In this document: positions 11,955 through 24,214 of the stretch, one piece after another
Position numbering within the stretch: the stretch's first letter is position 1
Layout of the letters: each line of letters starts with the position of its first letter
Origin: Mobula hypostoma
Taxonomy: Eukaryota
Direction: 5' to 3'
Assembly (NCBI RefSeq): GCF_963921235.1
Contig: NC_086097.1
Coordinates: 121,708,001-121,772,000 of the forward strand
DNA length: 64,000 nucleotides
Made by a program: the position numbers and the translations under genes
The notes under the pieces: generated by a model
The model's input: the letters and a program-made list of their open reading frames with translations, nothing else
What the model was told of the DNA's origin: nothing
Databases searched by the model: none

Positions 11955-12450
11955 TTGGATCATAGAACACTACAAACTCTTCAGCCATGATGTTGTGTCA
12001 ACCTTTTAACCTACTCTAAGATCAATCTAACCCTTCTCTTGTACATAGCCCTCTGTTTTTCTATCGTCTATGTATTTATCTAAGAGATTCTTAAGTGTCC
12101 CGAATATATCTGCCTCTACCAGCACCACTGGCAGGGTGTTCTGCACTCTCACCACTCTTTGTATAAAGAACTTACCTCTGACGTCCCCCTATACTGTCCT
12201 CAAATCACCTTAAAATTATTCCCCTTCATATCAGCCAATTCCATACTGGGGAAAAGCCTTTGATTATCCACTCAATCCATGCCTCTTATCATCTTCTACA
12301 CTTCTATCAAGTCACCTCTCATCCTACTTCACTCCAAAAAGAAAAGCCCTAGCTCGCTCAACCTATCTTCATAAGACATGCCCTGTCGTCCATGCAGCAC
12401 CCTAAAGCCTCCACTTCCTTCCTACAATAAGGTGACAGGACCAGAACTTC
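11955..12450 (-). mobile_element. CR1 3' fragment
   Basis: Similar to 4533-5050. Confidence 0.85.
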
Positions 12451-12814
12451 CATATACATTCCCTTTGTTTCTGACTTTCAACAGCTCCTCTACCAATCTG
12501 AACCCCCTCTTCCTCTACAACAATTCTATCAGGTTCTATCTTCTGTAGAGTAGTAATTGTTTCAGAATTTAGCAATTGAAAATTTATTTTATCTGGACTG
12601 GAAAAATAATAACAACCTTTTCTGAGTCATTTCCTTTCATTCTGGAAACTCAGTCAGGCATTTCCCGAAGTAATGTTTATTTGTTTTTTATGTGTTAACA
12701 CTGTATGGCACATTAAAGATGGATGAGATCTTTTCCTGTTTGTTATTATCATGCAACAGAGATATTATATTTGTATAAAGCTATTTTATTTGTCAATTTA
12801 ATCTACTTCATGAA

Positions 12815-13035
12815 GTAGAGTCATAGAGTTAAAGAACACTACAGCATAGAAACGGGCCTTTCAGCCCATCTAGTCCATGCTGAACTATCATTCTGCTTAC
12901 TCCCATCAGCCTGCACCCAGACCATAGGCCCCCATGCCCCACCTATACATGTACTTAATCAAATTTCTCTTAGATGTTGAAATTACCACTCTCTGAGTAA
13001 AAACGTTCTCCCTTATGTTCCACTTAAACATTTCA
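12815..13035 (-). mobile_element. CR1 3' tail fragment
   Basis: CR1-type 3' UTR (GAACACTACAGCATAGAAAC.GGCC.TTCAGCCCATC). Confidence 0.7.
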
Positions 13036-13039
13036 CGGG

Positions 13040-13265
13040 GGGGCGGAGCGAAGTCAAGATAACGCTAAATGACAACCCCTTTGCTGGCATCTTCGGAAAC
13101 AGCTCTAGTTCTATCTTTGATATCTCTTTTTTTCCTTTTCAACATTCTTTTGAATACCCTGACCTTGGGTTACACTCTGACTTTGGTTCTTGGCGCTCTC
13201 AAGGCCTCATGACCGGCCGCCTTTTCATATCCCAAGGACGCAACGTGGAAGCCTTCAGGGTTCCA
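13040..13265 (+). mobile_element. 5' fragment of the non-coding AAGATGGC-headed retroposon family
   Basis: Aligns by eye to 13943-14165 (CATCTTCGGAAACAGCTCTA.TTCT...). Confidence 0.65.
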
Positions 13266-13274
13266 GATTTTGAT

Positions 13275-13935
13275 ACAACCGTCGTTGGTAGAATCTCAGA
13301 TGGAGATGAGAGGGCATACAGAAGCGAGATATACCCAGCTACTTGAGTGATGTCACAACAACAACCTGACACTCAACGTTAGTAAGACCAAAGAGCTGAT
13401 TGTGGACTTCAAGAAGGGTAGGACGACGGAACATGTATCAATTCTCGTAGAGGGATAAGAAATGGAGAGAGTGAGCAATTTCAAATTCCTGGGTGTCAAG
13501 ATCTCTGAGGATCTAACCTGGTCCCAACGTATCAATGTGGCTATAAAGAGGACAAGACAGCAAATATATGCCATAAAGTTTGAATGCATCACTGTCTGGT
13601 ATGGAGCAGGGAGCACAGGATCAAAAGACCTCCATCTTGGGTACTAGCCTTTGTAATATCCAAGATATCTTCAAGGAAAATTCTTCAGAAAGGCGTCATA
13701 CATCATTAAGTATCAACATCACCCAGGATTTTTGCCCTCTTTTCATCTCTACTACCAGGAAGGAGGTACAGAAGCCTGAAGGCACGCACTCATGATTCAG
13801 GATTAGTTTCTGCCCTTCTGATTCCTAAATGGACAATGAACCCATGACCCCTACCGCACTTTTTTGTATTATTTCGATTTTGCACAATTTTTGATCTATT
13901 TAATATACATATATATATACTGTATATTACTGAGC
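13275..13935 (+). mobile_element. Rex1/Babar-like LINE 3' fragment
   Basis: NNLTLNVSKTKELIVDF and ERVSNFKFLGVKISEDLTWS motifs. Confidence 0.8.
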
Positions 13936-13939
13936 TCAG

Positions 13940-14660
13940 GAGAACAATGGCACCTAACGGCGACTCCTTTGTCTGCGTCTTCGGAAACAGCTCTATTTCT
14001 TTCTTTAATATCTGTTTTTTCCCTTTCCAGGATTCTTTTGAAGATCCTGACCTGGAATTACACGCTAACTTCGGTTCTTTGCGGAAACGGGACCCGCTCT
14101 CGGGGTCTCACGACTGGCCACTACTCAATATGCCAAGGACACAGCCTAGGAGACTAGCGCGCCTTCAGGAGGCGGCAGACTCGAGGTCGGTGCCGCCCGC
14201 TGGTGCATCATGGGAGATGGAAGATCGAAAGCAGCAGGCTGACTGCGGGCTGTGTGCCCAGAGACCGGAGTTCTTCAGGCATAGAGCTCAGACTTTTAAC
14301 ACCATAGATCGGTGAGTTGTTTGTTATGTCTCCCCTCTCGCTGTGAAATGGAGACATCCCCTTTTCCCTTAATAAGGAGAGAGAGAGCCTGTGGTATGTC
14401 GAATTACCTGGCGAACGAGTAGTCTTTGGGGTACTGCAAGTCTGTGTCTTTACTGATGCTTTGCTGCACGCTTGAGTGCTCAGTGGTGATGCTTTTTTGC
14501 TGTTGGGGAAGGGGGGATCATTGATTTGCTGCTGCTTATGCATGGGGGGGAGTTGGGGTGGCTCAGGGGATCTAATGTTTAACTGTCATTCATTCTTTGG
14601 GGCACTCTCCTGATTTTGTGGATGTTTGCAAAGAAAAAGAATTTCAGAATGTATATTGTT
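13940..14660 (+). mobile_element. Non-coding non-autonomous retroposon (AAGATGGC-like head, Rex/Babar-like tail)
   Basis: Collinear with 20312-21097. Tail interrupted by the L1. Confidence 0.65.
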
Positions 14661-14798
14661 CGGGACTTGCAGTGAGGCACAAGGCAAGATGGCAGCACAG
14701 CACTGAGCGCTGGCATACAACCCTCCTTTTTCAAGTTCTTCAGGGCTCATAGACGGTCTTAGTACAAAGTTGCGTTGGAGAAAGATCTAACTAAAGAC

Positions 14799-15719
14799 AT
14801 GACCTCAAAAAAAGATCCAAATACAACCAGGAAACAAGATACCAGCAGACGACACCAAACTAGCAATTCATCCGAGGAAATAGCTATGCTAATTAAGCAA
14901 ACAATGGCAACAGAGATGGAATCGCTGCAAGAAACGGTGGCCCACATGCTCAAGGAGTTACTGGAAAAGGCTCTCGACCCCATACAGAAGCATATGGCAG
15001 AGAATGGCAACATTCTCCGATCATTAAAGGAGCAAGCGGACATTCACGCTAAAAAATTTAGCACGGTCTTCAACAAAATAGACAACATTCAGGTTTGCTT
15101 ACGCGAGAATGAGAAAGTTACTAACTCCCGTCTCGCAGAGGTGACTAAGGTATGGAAGAAGTTAAACAACTTGGAGGACAGATCCATGAGAAACAATGTG
15201 CGGCTGGTCAACTTACCGACAGGCGCTGAGGGCGACGATCCAAGAGGTTACCTCCAGAAGATGCTGCCTAATTGGATTCCAGTGCTCAAGAATTCCCACA
15301 GCACTCCATTGAAGATCGATAGAGCACATAGGATCTTTTCCAACAACACCTCAAGACCGCGGACTATGATTTTTAGACTTCTATGGTACACCGACCGGCA
15401 GGCTATCCTGGAGGGTGCGAGGAAAGCCAATCCTACTCTCCCTGATGGAACCCAGCTGCAGTTCTTCGCCGACTACAGCCCCGGCATGATGCAGGAACGG
15501 CAGGGATACAAGGAGATCCGCGCTATGCTTCGACAGAAGGGGATCGACTGGTTCCTCATATACCCGGCGATTTTGAGAGTGAATATCAAGGACATGAAGA
15601 TGTCGTTTAACTCGGCAGAGGAAGCAAAAGAAGCTCTGAAATCATCGGTGCTGGGAGATATGGAAGAAGACCCTGGGCAAAGTCCACACACCCCTCTGGA
15701 GGAGATGAAACTGCATTAA
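14799..15719 (+). CDS. L1 ORF1p (coiled coil and RRM/CTD, Transposase_22 family), open reading frame
   Basis: LEDRSMRNNVRLVNLP, IDRAHR, RPRTMI, FFADYS and LIYPA motifs. First ATG at 14799 within ORF 14775-15719. Confidence 0.88.
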   Translation: MTSKKDPNTTRKQDTSRRHQTSNSSEEIAMLIKQTMATEMESLQETVAHMLKELLEKALDPIQKHMAENGNILRSLKEQADIHAKKFSTVFNKIDNIQVCLRENEKVTNSRLAEVTKVWKKLNNLEDRSMRNNVRLVNLPTGAEGDDPRGYLQKMLPNWIPVLKNSHSTPLKIDRAHRIFSNNTSRPRTMIFRLLWYTDRQAILEGARKANPTLPDGTQLQFFADYSPGMMQERQGYKEIRAMLRQKGIDWFLIYPAILRVNIKDMKMSFNSAEEAKEALKSSVLGDMEEDPGQSPHTPLEEMKLH

Positions 15720-16204
15720 GAGCTTGGACCAGCCTGTATGCACAATCTAACAGGCACGGGAAAGTTAACGTCCTAGGTGTTCTGAATAACTTCAGAATGT
15801 TTTGTCTCCAGTAGACTGGTTTACGTTCCTGGGCACCAGATAAGACGTCACTGGCACCATCACTAAGCAACGGTCTATTTAAGCGACAGTTTCTTGCAAG
15901 ATAGCTGTTGGGGCCTTGATTTTGTGTTATACTATATTTGAGATGGAAATGGTTTTAATAATATAGGTTAGCGGGTTTGTCCAGGTTTTTTTTTCTTGTC
16001 TCTTGGATATGATTGTCTGTGAGAACTGCTTTGCCTTTCTAATTTGTTGGTGCTAGAGGGGGGGCGGTTAATGTCAGTGTTCAGTGTCTGACATTGCTAA
16101 GTGACACTCACAGATGTTACATAGTAAAGGGTTGAATGCGAGGGGTGATGGGAGGGGGTGGGAAGGGCTCCACCACCAACTTACAACAACAGATCCAGGG
16201 GAAG

Positions 16205-19200
16205 ATGAGCAACACAGATAAATTAGAAAATCTTACTATTGTATCATTTAATGTTAGAGGATTAAACTCTCCCTACAAGCGTTCAAAGGTTTTAGATTTC
16301 TTACACAGAAAGAAAATAGATATCGCGCTGTTACAGGAAACACATCTTAAACCTAATGACATTCCCAGAATTCAAAACCGCTTTTATAAACCCATCGTGG
16401 CATCAGCTGATGGTACTCGTATGAAAGGAGTTATGATATTAATGATACATAATATCAGTGTATCAATTGAAAGGACTGGCTCCAACAATAAAGGATGTCT
16501 TTTTGCTGCACGTCTATTCAGGGTAAAAAAAAAGTTGCATTCATTAGCCTATATGCCCCAACTATATTCGAGGTTGAATTTTTTCCCTCTATTACCTCAC
16601 AACTACTGAAGCTAAGTGACTACCATCTGTATGTTGGTTTGGACATGAATACTTTGGCAAACATTAACCTCGATAAATCTTCCCCAACTATATCAAGCTC
16701 TCAAGAATCTGCTTCCAAAGCACTTAACCTTTTTCTAACAGATTTAAATTTAACTGATGTGTGGAGAGTGCATAATCCATCTGCTAAAGACTATACTTTC
16801 TTCTCCACAAGACATAAAACATTTTCTCGGATAGATTACATTCTTATATCCTCCGGTCTGCTGCCTTTGGTACACTCAATAGAATTTTTGCTCAGACATC
16901 TATCTGATCACAACCCAGTCATACCTATTTTTAATTATGGCAAAATTAAAAATAAGGCTACTAGGTGGCGGTTTAACTCCACCCTTCTAAAAAACAACAA
17001 ATTTCTATCACAATTGAGAACAAAACTGGCAGAATTTATAAATGTAAATAAAAATAGTGTCTCGGATGTGACAGTGGTTTGGGCCTCCATCAAGCGTTTC
17101 TTATGATATAACGCCATATGGTTCAGTTTCCATCTACATAAAAGCCGGCTTCAAAAGATTTCCACCCTAGAAGAAGAATGTAAGGTTTTGGAGAATGATC
17201 TCAAAAGGAGATACACCATAACAAAAGAAAACAAGCTCAAAACAAAACAAGCAGAATTAAGTGATTTATTAAGAAGCAGGGCAGAATATATGATCCATAT
17301 AACCAAACAAGTATTATGCAGAAGGCAGCAGACCGAACCATCTTTTAGCTCTAATGCTCAAACAACAGGAAGCTAAAAGGTCTATACCAGCGATTAGATG
17401 TGCTAAATGTGGAGTAGAATCTTCAACAGAGGAAATAAATGAGACATTCAACAATTACTTTCAAGAACTGTGTACATGTGGCTCAGTTCCTTCTGAGAAT
17501 GACTTCACAGATTTTTTTAGTGGATTAGACCTCCCTACGTTGTCATTAGAGGACACCAAAAATCTAGACTTTCCTATTACACTGGATGAGCTACTTAAAG
17601 CAGTCCCAGCTACAAATAAGGGCCGTATGCCAGGTATAGATGGCATACCTGTGGAACTTTACCTAGCACTTTGGGATATTCTTGGACCAGTATGGTTAGA
17701 AACATTAAATTATGCTTTTGGAAATGGCGCTTTCCATAGAGATCTAAACACAGCCCTGATCACAGTTATACCTAAGCCTGGTAAGGACCCCCTGGAGCGT
17801 GCCAATTACCGTCCAATCTCCTTGATAAATGCCAACCTCAAGATATTTTTCAAAGTCTTAGCCAATAGACTTGAGACAGTAGTTGGGAAAATAATTAGCC
17901 CAGATCAAATGGGCTTTATCAGGGGCGTCTCGCATCTGATAATATTCGCCGGCTTTTACACATACTGAGTGCAACACATAAAATCCCGCCCGCCTGTGGC
18001 CTGCTATTTCTAGATGCTGAAAAAGCATTCGATCGCCTTGAATGGCCATATCTTTGGAGAGTTCTAAAAGAATTTAAGTTCGGCGATAAATTTATCAATA
18101 TGATTCAAACACTGTATGCTAATCCTTCATCCCGGGTATGTGTGGGAGGAGGTTTCTCAGAGTTGTTTGACATAGAATGGGGCACACGACAAGGGAACCC
18201 TTTGTCTCCTTTAATTTTTACTATATCTATTGAACCGCTTGCACATTTAATTAGAAACTCTCCTCAGATCTCTCCTCAGATCTCCCCTATTACAATAGGT
18301 GCAACATCACATTTGATATCACTTTACGCGGACAACACGCTAGTTTATATGGCAAATGTTCAACAAACTCTCCCCTATGTTTTTAAAACACTGGAGCAAT
18401 TTGGATTTCTTTCAGAATACTAAGTTAATTTGTCAAAATCAGCACTGATGCTGATTAATACGGATAAAAGTAAGGTTTCTCTCCCTCCCCAGATTAAGGT
18501 TACAAATGAGGTCCTCTACCTGGGTATTAAAGTTAACACTTTCCTATAATCTGTGGCTAAAACATATTGCTCTTTAATTTTGAAAAAAAATAGATATTAA
18601 TAGATGGAGACACCTGCCAGCATCAATCCCAGCCCATACATCGGTCACTAAAATGAACATCTTACCCTGCATTAATTTTATCAGCTCAATGATCCCACTT
18701 GCACCTCCAGCAGGATATTGGTGAAAACTGTACTCCTTACTACGATGCTATGTTTGGAATGGTAAACGACCCAATACAAAGTGGTCAGCTCTACAGTTCA
18801 AAAAGTCGGATTGGGGATTGGCATGTCCAAATTTTAAATTGTATCGCTGGGCATTTGTATTAAAACTTCTTAGCTATTGGATGGAGGAGGATAAAGTTTC
18901 ATCAGGGAAAAATATAGAACAAGAACTAATAGCACCAATAAGGTTGAAGGACTTTCTCCTTATAGGTATGTCTACCAAAAAATGTGATTTGTATTACGGT
19001 CCAATTTTAACCCATGTGCTACAAGTGTTTAGAACAGCAGAACAATTCCTAAAATTTAAAAGCATATGGTGCAAATCACCTCCATTATGGAACAATAATC
19101 ATTTTCTATCTTGGGGGAAGCCATTCCCTAATAGAACTTGGGAAGATAAAGGTATTACTACTCTTCAAGATATTAATGGAGCAAGTACTATCCTTAGCTT

Positions 19201-19960
19201 TCAAGAACTGATCTCTTGGTATAATATTGATAAACACTCTCTTTTTCTTCTACTTTAGAGTAAGATCAGCTTGTAAAGCCTACGGCGTTCCCTGGGGGTC
19301 AGATTTAAAGGACCATCCCATTTTAAGTTGGATACAGAGTGCTCCAGGAGAGATAGTGTCATATATCTATGATAAATTAAACTCCCAGAAATATATGCCC
19401 ACATCAGGAATGAAAGCCTGGGTAGGGACATATCTGAATTAGGACAAGACTTAGACTGGGTTGTGATTTGGGATAATGCTGCCGGTGCTTCGAAAAACCC
19501 AAATCATCAGTATATACACTTGAAATTTTGTCATAGAGCATATTTAACACCAAGAATTAGACATCAAATGGGACTGGTTCCTGACCCATGTTGCTCATTT
19601 TACTCCCAGAGAACCGTGGGCTCTTTTATACATGTCCAGGGGGTTTTGGTTTGTGGGGGTAGGTTATCAGTACTCTTACAGAACTAACAGGGATACAATT
19701 ACCAATGGTCCCCGCTGCACATCTTCTAAATGATGACTCCCACCTTTCCCTTACGGAAAAAACAGGCAAAGTCTGGCTGGCAGGCCTGACTGCAGCTAAG
19801 AAGATTGTAGTTCAGCGTTGGAAACCTCCCCATGATATTTCAAATACTTACTGGCTTCAGAGCATTTTGGACATTTCTTACCTGGAACTTTCATCAGCAA
19901 GAGTAAATGATGCACGACCAAACACAATCTCGATGTGGACAAATTACTATTTAGTTGGTT
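16205..19960 (+). pseudogene. L1 ORF2 (APE-RT) with multiple frameshifts and stops
   Basis: Split across ORFs starting at 16136, 16495, 17188, 17354, 18100, 18818, 19227, 19463 and 19705. Confidence 0.9.
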
Positions 19961-20137
19961 GGTGGAGGGGAGACGGATGGCGAGGGTGACCAATAATGAT
20001 TGTAACGCAATGTTGCAGCATTGAGAACCTAACTGTCCCAATAAATGTGTCTCCAAAGACAACTTGGACTAACTTCTGCACAGTGCAAAGGAGCATTGCA
20101 CAACACAAGGGACTCTATACATGTTGAAATCCAGATC

Positions 20138-21385
20138 AACACACACACACAATCTGCTGGAGGAGCTCAGCAAGTCTGGAATAAAGAGTTGACATTTTGA
20201 ACCAAGACACTTCACTAGGACTCTCACTCTGAAACGCTGACTATTTATTTCTCCCCATAGATGCTGCCTGACCTTCCTTTAATTTTTTTTAATTGAAATA
20301 CAGCGCAGAGTTAAGATGGCACCAAGTGACTGCCTCTTCAAGCTCATCCGCGAAAACAGCTTAAATTCCTCCCTTTAATGTCTCTTTTTTTCCCTTTTCA
20401 AGGTTGGAGTTCTATTGAGGTCCTGATCTGCAAGTGCTCATTGTTCGAATGTTTTCTGACATTCTCTAGGCACAGCTTGGAAGATGATGTCTCCTGCATG
20501 GCCCTGTGGACAGCCAATTCTAGTCCGGTGTTGCTGACTGAGGCATTGTGAGGGGAGGAACATCAGGATTTCACTGTGGTGGATGTGGGAATAGAGGGCT
20601 CTGTGGACAAGCGGTTGCACACTCTCTCTCTCTTTCTCTCAATGGGGGGAGAGTTTGCCAATTCTCAGGTCGGGAATCTCGGAGTAAAAAGCAGTGTGGC
20701 AGACCATAACAGCGACTGTCAGTCTCCCCTTTCGCTGTGAAACATAGGTCATTTCTCTTTGTCTCTTGCTGGTGAGGGAGAGCACCTTGACATGTCAAAC
20801 TGTTGGGTAAACAATGATCTTGTTGACTGCAAATGATGGTCTTTCTTTAGGTGCTTTGCTGTTGCTTGATGGGTGGTGGGCACAGAGGCTTTTTGCTAAA
20901 ATGAGCGGGGGAAGGGAGAAGTTGATGCTTTAATGCTTGTGGCTGCTTGTGTGGGTGAGGGGGGAGCGGGGGCTTTAAGGTTCTAGCATTTTTCTGTCAT
21001 TCATTCGTTTGGGGTTCTTCTGTATTTTGTGGATGTTTGCGAAGAAAATTATTTCAGGTTGTATACTGTACACGTTCTCTGATAATAAACGGAACCATTT
21101 TAGAATAGGCCCTTCCAGCCCTTTGAGCCACACGGCCCAGAAATCCCCTGATTTAATCTGGGCCAAATCATAGAACAATTTACGATGTTATATTAACCTA
21201 CCAACTGATACGTCTTTGATCTGTGGGAGGAAACCAGAGCCCCCAGATGAAACCCACACAGTCATGGGGAGAATGTACAAACTTCCTAACACCAGCAAGA
21301 ATTGAACCCAGGTTGCCTGTACTGTAAAATGCTGTGGTAACCACAATGCTACCTGTTGAGTTCCTCCAGCATTTTGTGGGCATTG
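20138..21385. mobile_element. Nest: short inverted Penelope-terminus remnant > minus-strand V-SINE > AAGATGGC-headed element
   Basis: Penelope terminal sequence ...GATGCTGCCTGACC (about 20260-20273) resumes as TGTTGAGTTCCTCCAGCATTTTGTG (about 21355). V-SINE tail at 20280-20311 resumes at about 21100-21350. Confidence 0.7.
20312..21097 (+). mobile_element. Non-coding non-autonomous retroposon, apparently complete
   Basis: Starts AAGATGGCACC and ends TTCAGGTTGTATAC...CTCTGATAATAAA. Homologous to 13940-14660. Confidence 0.65.
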
Positions 21386-22899
21386 TGCATAGAATGACAT
21401 TAACTCATGCATGAGTGATGTGTAAACTGTGTCAAACATGTAAAGGTGAATCATTTCTGGAAATGCACGAGTGAGTTTCTAGAATGAAGAGAAGAGGCCC
21501 TTAAACACTTGCAATTATGTCCCACTACAGGTAAAATCAATTTTGAATCACAACATGCTGACAAGAACTGCTGTGTGTGATTGAATTTCTAAGCCATGAT
21601 GGTTAAAAAGATAATTCCATGGATGATTTAGCTTCAAAACATTGCTGAGGACTTACACAGAATTTAAAACGCTGAATGAAGACATCAGTATCAGCAGTGT
21701 TACTTAATGTTCAGTTACTGGGTGTTCAGATACAGTTCATAATTACATCACAGAAAACTAATTTATTTGGATTTGAGAAATTCAAGATTCAAGATTTGAT
21801 ATTGTCATTCTTCAGTAAATGAGTGTAAAGGAGAACAAAATGATTGTTACTCTGTATCTGATACAGCATGAAAAAACACAATAGGTATAAAGAAAATTTA
21901 AAAAACAAAATGAAAGAAACCATGAATACAAGTATAAAAGCAATCTTATAAAACACAATGTACAAGTCACTGTACATGGCTTTGGTTGTTTGAAATCCCT
22001 GACTAGAAGCTTTGAAACACTATCTACGAACTTAAAGCTAGCTCCATTATTGGGAGCCGGAGAAGCTACTGCATCTCTACATGTCACCATTTTGCATCTC
22101 TGTCATATATTGTTTAAGTAATAAATTTACATTGTTTTGAACATAATATTACACTAATCCTTGAGAAATATTGTAAATATATTGTTTAATTAAGCATTCC
22201 TTGTTTGTTTACGTAATTCATGATGGGTTATATGGAAGAGGTAGGAGGTGAACAGCTTATGTGATAACACCACCATGTCATATGAGAGTGCCTCTCTAAG
22301 ATATCATTAAGTAGACCCACTACCCAGCTCCTGTGTCTTCCTTTCAATTAGTTTTTGGAGTTACAAAGCATAACAGTGGCAACAAGGAAGTTTTAAAACA
22401 AACCTGAGATAACCACCTACCTTCTGAAGCATGTTCTTTTTTCTGTATAAAATGAGAGAGGGATGGTCAAGTTTAAAAAAAAAGAGCAGGGAACAGACAA
22501 CATTCATGGGTTCATAAACAATGAATACCAGATGATAAAAATAATAAATAAATAAAAAGCAGAAATGGCTGGCTACATCAGAAAGATAGACACATTCGAT
22601 TACACAACAGATAACTGGGTGATGTATACTGAATGGCCAGTATTTTGAAGCAAATAAAATAACCAAGTGCCAGTTTTGCTGAGTGTAATAGATGGGAAAG
22701 CAACAATTTCCTTAGAAGGTAGACTGCTCCAACAGTCAGAATGAACTTTACTGATATCGTGAAAGTAATACAGGAACATTTAGAACAGAAACCATTATTG
22801 ATTGCAGAATGCTTTCATGAGCTGAATCAAAAGGAAGAGGATTCCATTTCAGTGTATCCAGCTGAATTGAAGAAATTGTCTCAGCATTGTCAATTAATT

Positions 22900-23348
22900 T
22901 TAATATTTAATTTGTAGAATTTCCATCTCCAGTCAGTTCCATCCTGGGTACTAGCTTCTGTAGTATCCAAAACATCTTCAAGCAGTGGTGCCTCGGAAAG
23001 GCAACATCCATTATTAAGGACACAAATGCCCACTGTGTGCTCCCCTCTCATTCCTACTGTCAGAAAGGAGAGACAGAAGCCTGAAGGCACACACTCAGCG
23101 ATTCGGGAACAGCTTCTTCCTCTCTGCCTAAATAGACATTGAACCCATAAGCACTACCTCACTTTTTTTAGTATGTGTTATTTCTATTTTTGAACTATTT
23201 TTAATCTATTCAATATACATTTATATACTTGCTATAATTGATTTATTTATTTTTTCTCTCTATATTATCAAGTACTGTTTTGCATTGTCAGCTGCTGCTA
23301 AGTTAACAAATTTCATGACATTTGCTGATAATAAACCTGATTCTGATC
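22900..23348 (+). mobile_element. Rex1/Babar-like 3' fragment nested in the Gypsy gag
   Basis: AGAAGCCTGAAGGCACACACTCAGCGATTC.GGAACAGCTTCTT, shared with 13770-13815. AATAAACCTGATTCTGA tail. Confidence 0.75.
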
Positions 23349-24214
23349 TTACAAGAAAGCTTTCAAAAATGGCTCCTAACTGAACCACAACTCACATTTA
23401 AAGGCACAATTGAAATCGCTGTATCAATGGAAGCAGCAGCCAGACAGGCAAGTGAGATGCAGTCAGGAATGAAAGTGAGCACGAACAAAATTGCAAAGTC
23501 TAAACAGAAACCTGTCTCACTGAACGAATTGTATTAGCTCTGTGGCAGGGGATCACATACACCAGACCAGTGCAGACTTCAAAGTGAAACTTGCAGAAAT
23601 GGCAACAAAGGAAGTCATATAGAAAGAGAATGTTGGGCAGTCAAAAATAAATGGATTGCACAGGGAAGAGAAAAAATAAAAAGTCAAGTTGCAGTTTCAA
23701 AAAGCACTAATCTGCATACTGTTGATGAAAAATCTGATAATAATGAGAGTGATATAAGGCTAGGGAGTCTTGAGATTTACAATGTGAAAACTACCAAGAA
23801 ACAAGCAATATGGCTTACATCAGAAATGAATGTCAAATTAACTAAAATGGAAGTGGATACGCCTTGGCTGTTTCAGTCATTTCACAAAATGATTTTGAAT
23901 GGCATTTCAAAGATTCTAAACTGAAGCCTGCAGATATCCAACTAAGAACTTAGAGAAGAGAAAAGGTAATTCCTGTGGGAATGACATTGGTAACAGTGAA
24001 ATACAACAACCAACAAGCCACTTTGAGCTTGTATGTGATAAAAACATGAGGGCCAGTGTTGTGGGGCTGTGATTGGCTGAGACAGCTACAACTTGTTTGG
24101 AGGTCTATCCATTAATTGAATGTTCCATCCCCTGCAATAATCAACTGAAAGCGAATTAAGGGAGGTACGGGATGATGTCACAGCAGGGTTCAAGGATAAC
24201 ACTGGAAAACTCAA

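Larger units (their letters stand above)
14662..20050 (+). mobile_element. Near full-length L1-clade LINE
   Basis: 5' UTR with CAAGATGGC, L1 ORF1, and an ORF2 with APE (SFNVRGLN, LQETH, SRIDY, SDHNP) and RT (YRPISL, DAEKAFD, GTRQG.PLSP, YADN). No clear poly(A). Confidence 0.93.
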
